From: an uncultured virus (IMG/VR IMGVR_UViG_3300003873_000005)
Lineage: Duplodnaviria; Heunggongvirae; Uroviricota; Caudoviricetes
IMG/VR virus record: IMGVR_UViG_3300003873_000005
DNA length: 64,000 bases
Strand: one strand, 5' to 3'
The translations under genes were made by a program, and so were the position numbers. A model generated the notes under the pieces. That model searched no databases. It saw only the letters and a program-made list of their open reading frames with translations, and was not told the DNA's origin. Below, piece after piece: positions 59,349 through 64,000 of the stretch. The first letter of the stretch is position 1; each line of letters opens with the position of its first letter.

Positions 59349-60497
59349 CTAGTCTAGACTAAGCAACATTATAGCGTCATCAAATATCTTAGAAATTTCA
59401 TCTGAGATACTTATAACCACGCTAGTAAATTGCTGTGTTATGATTTTTTCTGTTTCTTGAAGATCAGTACCAGCTTGAATAACTCTCTCAAGTGCATATC
59501 TTCTGTCAAGAGTAAGAATAAAATCATCTGGAAGAGTATCATCAGTAAATGGAAATATTGTTACATTTTTCCAAAGACCTCTACCAACTTTTATCTCTTG
59601 AGTTATTGGACCTCTTTCAAGGGCTGCCATAACAGCAACTGGATCAACATTTGGCTTATCCATCATGATAATTTTAAGTGCAGTATTAACACTACAATAA
59701 TAAGTATCAGGTGCATAAGGAGCAAAACTTGCTGTCCATTTTAACCAAGCTTCATAGTTTAGCTTATGATCCCCAGCACTTATAGCAGTAGACAAATCTG
59801 AAGACTTAGTTGCAATTGTACCATTGACTGCAGTAGAAATGGCTTTCTTAAATAAACTTGTTCTTTGAGATAGCATTATTCTATTAATAACTATGTTAAG
59901 TATATCTAAGGTGGCCTCTCTTTGGAACTCATAAGACATATCTACTTGAACACCCCTTTTTACAAGACTTTTTGATTCATCTGACCAGCCAATTTGTACT
60001 CTTGGGAATGTACCAAACTCACCCACTCTGCCCATTGCATATTTACCGTCAGCTATGTCATTTATATAAAGTTCTTTATATGAGCTTTGGGTAATGTTTC
60101 TTGTAGCAGATAGTAGATCATCTACATTATAGTCTTGATCTTTTAGTAATGCTACTCTTGCAGTTTTAGATATTAGTTCTGGAAAAAGAACTCTTGAACC
60201 GTCAGTTTGTAATGAATCACCATAAGTTTCAAGTGGTGTAGCAGTCAAAGCTTCTTCGATTGTAGATGCATAAATACCATTTACTGGATCACCTTGACAA
60301 ACAATACCAAACCTTCTTAGTTGCCTCTCAAATGCATCTAGAGTATCTCCAGGAGTGCTTGGATTAATTCTATTAAGCAATTGTGAAAAATTTATCCCTT
60401 GATCACTTGCCAACTTATACATATTTGCATTCAACTTTACTTTATTAGGATCAGATACTACATCTTGTCCTATATCTAGTCTCAAACTTTTACTCAT
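59349..60497 (-). CDS. major capsid protein
   Basis: 382 aa after the protease and decoration genes; DAFERQL, LFPE, RVGE...FP, K.G...MSYE. Confidence 0.88.
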   Translation of the reverse strand: MSKSLRLDIGQDVVSDPNKVKLNANMYKLASDQGINFSQLLNRINPSTPGDTLDAFERQLRRFGIVCQGDPVNGIYASTIEEALTATPLETYGDSLQTDGSRVLFPELISKTARVALLKDQDYNVDDLLSATRNITQSSYKELYINDIADGKYAMGRVGEFGTFPRVQIGWSDESKSLVKRGVQVDMSYEFQREATLDILNIVINRIMLSQRTSLFKKAISTAVNGTIATKSSDLSTAISAGDHKLNYEAWLKWTASFAPYAPDTYYCSVNTALKIIMMDKPNVDPVAVMAALERGPITQEIKVGRGLWKNVTIFPFTDDTLPDDFILTLDRRYALERVIQAGTDLQETEKIITQQFTSVVISISDEISKIFDDAIMLLSLD

Positions 60498-60506
60498 GTT
60501 AAATCC

Positions 60507-60884
60507 TTAATTTAAAAATAGTGCAGAAACTACATCACCAGCTGCTGCAGCTGCTGTAAGTGTTACTAAAGCTGTTGGTAATACTTCAGTACTAACTGCT
60601 TTAACCTGATTTGAACCTGATGGAAGAACCGCTGTTCCTGCAGCTATAGCCGCACTTGCTGTAACTTTAACTACACCAGAAAAATCTACTGTAACAAAAC
60701 CATCACTAGTTACTGTTTTTAGTTTTCCAAAAAACAAAGCTCCAGCTACTGCTGCTACTACTCCACCATCTGAATCTAAAGATACAAGTTCTCCTAGATT
60801 AGCTACTGTAACTCCACCATTTGGAAGAGTTAAAACTCTTTTTAGACTATATTGGCCGTCTAATATAAGATTTGGATATGCCAT
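60507..60884 (-). CDS. head decoration / cement protein
   Basis: Small A/V/G-rich protein between protease and MCP. Confidence 0.7.
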   Translation of the reverse strand: MAYPNLILDGQYSLKRVLTLPNGGVTVANLGELVSLDSDGGVVAAVAGALFFGKLKTVTSDGFVTVDFSGVVKVTASAAIAAGTAVLPSGSNQVKAVSTEVLPTALVTLTAAAAAGDVVSALFLN

Positions 60885-60886
60885 AA

Positions 60887-61972
60887 TTATTTTCCTTTAA
60901 ATATTTTATCATTAGGTTTAAAAGAGTACTCTTTTTCACCTTCCAATGATTGTCTACCTGTTGGTAGTTCTTTAGACTTAGTTAAATAAGTATCTAAATC
61001 TACTAAAAGACCTTCAACTGTGTCTGGTGCTGTATAAGTAGCTTCAAAAGGTGCAGCTAAAGCCTCAACTTTTTCTGTTAATTTAGCTGTAAAAGTTATA
61101 AGCGCCTCTTTTGCCCCTGTTAAAGCTTCACTTTCTGCTTTATATTTAGCTATGTCAGCAGTTAAAGCGTCTTTTTCACTTTCAAAAGCACTCTCTTTAA
61201 CTGTAAAAGCTTCAATAGTCTTAACATCCTCAGCTCTATCAGCTATATATTTAGCCTCAAGATCAATAATCTTGGTCTTCATAGAAGAATTATCTACAGC
61301 TAAAGCTGAATAATTATCTTGAAGAGTATTAAATTTATCCTGTATATCCATGCCGTGTCCTTTTTTAATTGTTTCAGTATTATCTTGTATAATTAAGCCG
61401 CTAATGACAGTCTCTAATTGGCCTGCCTCAAAGCTAAACTGTTCACAAAAATCTTTTTTACAGCCACAAGCTGCATAACTTTCTTGTATTTTTGCTGCTG
61501 GTACTGCCCCGGCATAGACTAAACTACCTTCCTGCATTGTTATATCATCTAATAAAACATAACATGTTTTGCCATCATAAACCTTTCCTGGAATATGATT
61601 ACAATTCTCCCAGTCAGAAATGCTATTACCACAGATAGAACAGTCATGAACAGCTGCTGAAAAACCTATAGACACTGAATCAAGTAATTTAGTATCTATT
61701 CTACTTTTTATATCTTGATATTCTGGCACCTCATAAGGAACAAAAAACTTTGATATCACCTCTTGATCCTCATTAACTTTAGCCTCATACCATCTACCAG
61801 ATGGAAAACTATTGCTATTATGATTCATCAATAATGGCATTGATAAATTATTTATTTGTCCAGAAACTTGGCTTAAAGCATTTACTTTAAACTTTGTTTG
61901 TCTTGTTGTAGGTTTTGTATCAATCAAAACTGCTTGTGACTGATATGAACCCTCAGTTGGTGTAACTTTCAT
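60887..61972 (-). CDS. prohead protease fused to scaffold
   Basis: L.NH, SVSIGF, CSICG...C.HIPG..YDG..C, EGSLV..GA; coiled-coil C-terminus. Confidence 0.85.
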   Translation of the reverse strand: MKVTPTEGSYQSQAVLIDTKPTTRQTKFKVNALSQVSGQINNLSMPLLMNHNSNSFPSGRWYEAKVNEDQEVISKFFVPYEVPEYQDIKSRIDTKLLDSVSIGFSAAVHDCSICGNSISDWENCNHIPGKVYDGKTCYVLLDDITMQEGSLVYAGAVPAAKIQESYAACGCKKDFCEQFSFEAGQLETVISGLIIQDNTETIKKGHGMDIQDKFNTLQDNYSALAVDNSSMKTKIIDLEAKYIADRAEDVKTIEAFTVKESAFESEKDALTADIAKYKAESEALTGAKEALITFTAKLTEKVEALAAPFEATYTAPDTVEGLLVDLDTYLTKSKELPTGRQSLEGEKEYSFKPNDKIFKGK

Positions 61973-61992
61973 TATTTTTTCTCCTTACTAAA

Positions 61993-63420
61993 TTATTTTT
62001 TAATTTTCTTATTACTAGACCCGGTTGTAGACCCAGCTCCAGATCCTCCTGTAATACTTCTACCTAATGGATCAGTATTAGGAGTTATATTTTCAACATT
62101 CATACCAGGTCTAGTTTGTAAAAAATCTGTGCCTGATAAAGGTTTAACTGGCTCATGCTCAATACCTAATATTAAAGCTGCTTCATCATCTGTTATATGA
62201 CCAAAACTTTGTAATTGTAAAATTCTATTTTGTTTAGCTAACCTTTGAGGTTCTAATTCTAAAGATGGTCTTAAATCAATTGCATCATGTGTACATTCTA
62301 TAAAACCTTTATACCCCATTAATCTTGCAGACATAGTTAATACCTGGCTCATTAGCTTTTCTGATTTTCTTTGTAAGTAAGTGGGCGTATTAATGTATAC
62401 TTTAGCTTCAACAGAAGCTACATTTTGATTTCCGCTTCCTTTACCTAATATACTTGGCAATGATTTAAGCGATGAAACTACTTGACTGTCTAAAATTGAA
62501 ACAATTGGCCTAAAATCTACAATTGCACTGCCACTACCATTAGATAAATAGTCTATAGATATTGAGTCAAATATTACTAAAGCTTCTTCTGGTTTAACTT
62601 TGCTCAGCTCTGTGGCTATTTCTGTTTTCTTTTTGCCAAGCCATTTTGCTAATTTTATCTCATCAGCTCTTATTTCTCTAGGCGCATGTTTAACTAATAC
62701 ATCTTCTAGGACTTTAACTTTAAGTTTTGGATATCCAGCCTTTTTCATTACTCTCTGTATATCAGCCACCACTGTTTGTTTAAAAGCTATTGCCTGAATA
62801 GCTGTAAGTAATGGAGACTCAGCTGTCGCCTCATCTGGATCTTTATCTAGATCTTGAAAGAAAAATGTTGGTATATCTAGATTAATTTGCCCATTTTGTT
62901 TCTTTTGAAATGGCTTGTACCTGCCATTATTATATTTCCAACTAATTGAAGTGGCCTTAATTAAGATATAGTCTATAGGTAATTTTGCCTTGTCCAAAAC
63001 AAGCTCTAGACCTACTCCACCATATAAGAATAATTGCCGTCTAATAGCGTCTGATAGTTCTTCTGGGGTTAATTTATTAGTAGAAAATAGCCACGCCGCT
63101 TTAAGAGTAGTATTAAATTCTTTAGTTTTATTAGAATCAAAATTGCCTTTCTCATCTTTATAAATAATATTTAGCTTAGTATTTGCAAAACGTAACATTG
63201 CCCATAAAGCATTTGCAGCATCTGCATCATACCTGTGTAATTCTTTTATAATATCATTAGTGTCATTACCTAATAATCTAATAGACCCTACATCTTGATG
63301 AGAATTAAAACTTTCAATTGGAACTGTATCTCCATTTTTTAATGAACTATTAACTACACTTTTAGGATTATTACTAGCTTTAACTTTGTTAAATAATTTT
63401 GAAAATATGCCATTAGCCAT
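61993..63420 (-). CDS. portal protein
   Basis: 475 aa between terminase and protease. Confidence 0.85.
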   Translation of the reverse strand: MANGIFSKLFNKVKASNNPKSVVNSSLKNGDTVPIESFNSHQDVGSIRLLGNDTNDIIKELHRYDADAANALWAMLRFANTKLNIIYKDEKGNFDSNKTKEFNTTLKAAWLFSTNKLTPEELSDAIRRQLFLYGGVGLELVLDKAKLPIDYILIKATSISWKYNNGRYKPFQKKQNGQINLDIPTFFFQDLDKDPDEATAESPLLTAIQAIAFKQTVVADIQRVMKKAGYPKLKVKVLEDVLVKHAPREIRADEIKLAKWLGKKKTEIATELSKVKPEEALVIFDSISIDYLSNGSGSAIVDFRPIVSILDSQVVSSLKSLPSILGKGSGNQNVASVEAKVYINTPTYLQRKSEKLMSQVLTMSARLMGYKGFIECTHDAIDLRPSLELEPQRLAKQNRILQLQSFGHITDDEAALILGIEHEPVKPLSGTDFLQTRPGMNVENITPNTDPLGRSITGGSGAGSTTGSSNKKIKK

Positions 63421-63440
63421 GCAACTCCTTTATTATGTGT

Positions 63441-63454
63441 ATTATGATATAAGT
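63441..63454 (-). promoter_or_regulatory. promoter ACTT-N4-CATAAT upstream of the portal gene
   Basis: Minus strand reads ACTT-atat-CATAAT, then AAGGAG RBS. Confidence 0.55.
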
Positions 63455-63475
63455 CTTTAACGTAGTATAGATAGT

Positions 63476-63551
63476 CTATTGCCTAACGCTCATTCTACTT
63501 CCTAACACTCATTCTATTGCCTAACACTCATTCTATTGCCTAACACTCATT
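63476..63551 (-). repeat. 4 x 19-bp tandem repeat, each unit a 5-codon minigene
   Basis: Unit on the minus strand: A-ATG-AGT-GTT-AGG-CAA-TAG. Confidence 0.9.
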
Positions 63552-63998
63552 CTATTGCATAATAGTGGTATCAAAAGTTACTGGGGCTATATGTCCTTCA
63601 GTATCTATTAATATTTTACTAGCAATATACATATAGCCTAAACTATGGAGTAAATGGTCTGAGTCTACTTTTACATATCTATACTTATCTTCATCATCCT
63701 TTTGCCTTTGCTTTACCATGCCCCTTAAATGGCTTTTATATATGTCAAGTGGTACTGATCTATTATCAGACTCTTTATCCATATTTTTATCTAAAGATGT
63801 ATTAACAACTAATTTTTCTATGCCTAAAACAGAATCAAATAGTTGCGTTCTATTTACTATTAAATCTACTTCATTAGCCTTAATATTATATAAATCTTTT
63901 TGGTTATCTGAATAATAGCACGTAAAAGCGGGGCCATCAAATATTTCACAGATGTCTTTTGATAATTTTGTTTGTGGCAAAGCATCACAGACTAAAAC
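63552..63998 (-). CDS. terminase large subunit, C-terminal nuclease part (5' end outside the window)
   Basis: Frame is open to the window edge (VLVCDALPQT); DHLLHSLGY motif; upstream of portal. Confidence 0.8.
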   Translation of the reverse strand, partial: VLVCDALPQTKLSKDICEIFDGPAFTCYYSDNQKDLYNIKANEVDLIVNRTQLFDSVLGIEKLVVNTSLDKNMDKESDNRSVPLDIYKSHLRGMVKQRQKDDEDKYRYVKVDSDHLLHSLGYMYIASKILIDTEGHIAPVTFDTTIMQ

Positions 63999-64000
63999 GT

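Noticed and set aside
63476..63551. CRISPR array
   Set aside because: The 19-bp units are contiguous with no spacers, and there are no cas genes.
2892..63915. Antisense ORFs in the track (e.g. 3274-3666, 9467-9985, 22181-22516, 51950-52321, 59430-59744)
   Set aside because: They lie opposite well-supported genes and lack RBSs or motifs.
1..64000. Stop-codon reassignment
   Set aside because: Long core genes are intact in the standard code and end in TAA, TAG and TGA; the broken genes are frameshifts, not in-frame stops.
1..64000. tRNA genes, integrase, introns or inteins
   Set aside because: No cloverleaf was seen in the short intergenic gaps, no recombinase motifs were found, and polymerase and helicases are uninterrupted.

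Overview
This 64-kb window is a very AT-rich piece of a tailed dsDNA phage genome, siphovirus-like, with two convergent arms meeting at about 30,396. The + arm (1-30,398) holds small early ORFs, several virion/adhesin-like genes (including a 12-blade Kelch protein), DNA ligase, dimeric dUTPase, primase-helicase, SNF2 helicase, a truncated sigma70-like factor, 5'-3' exonuclease, family A DNA polymerase, a thymidylate-synthase homolog / dCMP deaminase / DHFR-like cluster, a RecU-like resolvase and SbcCD. The - arm (64,000 down to 30,395) holds the terminase C-terminus, portal, protease-scaffold, capsid, neck, tail tube, tail chaperones with a -1 frameshift, a 3,896-aa tape measure protein, tail tip genes, a lysis cassette with spanins, and fibre-like genes. 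No integrase, tRNA, CRISPR array or reverse transcriptase was seen. A Gram-negative host follows from the spanins. Campylobacterota is inferred from the dUTPase type and TTAAG...TATAAT promoters. Main observations: (1) the TS homolog has Asp at the E. coli Asn177 position, the dCMP-specific signature, and sits beside a deaminase and DHFR; (2) the sigma factor lacks region 4.2, while a separate Cys-rich ORF carries a 4.2-like HTH; (3) a promoter motif AAG-N13-ACTT-N4-TATAAT recurs with exact spacing; (4) there are constant-framework, variable-region adhesin-like genes; (5) an anti-Shine-Dalgarno hairpin lies upstream of the tail chaperone; (6) tandem duplications at gene junctions create minigenes. 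All family calls come from recognising motifs by eye, not from database searches.
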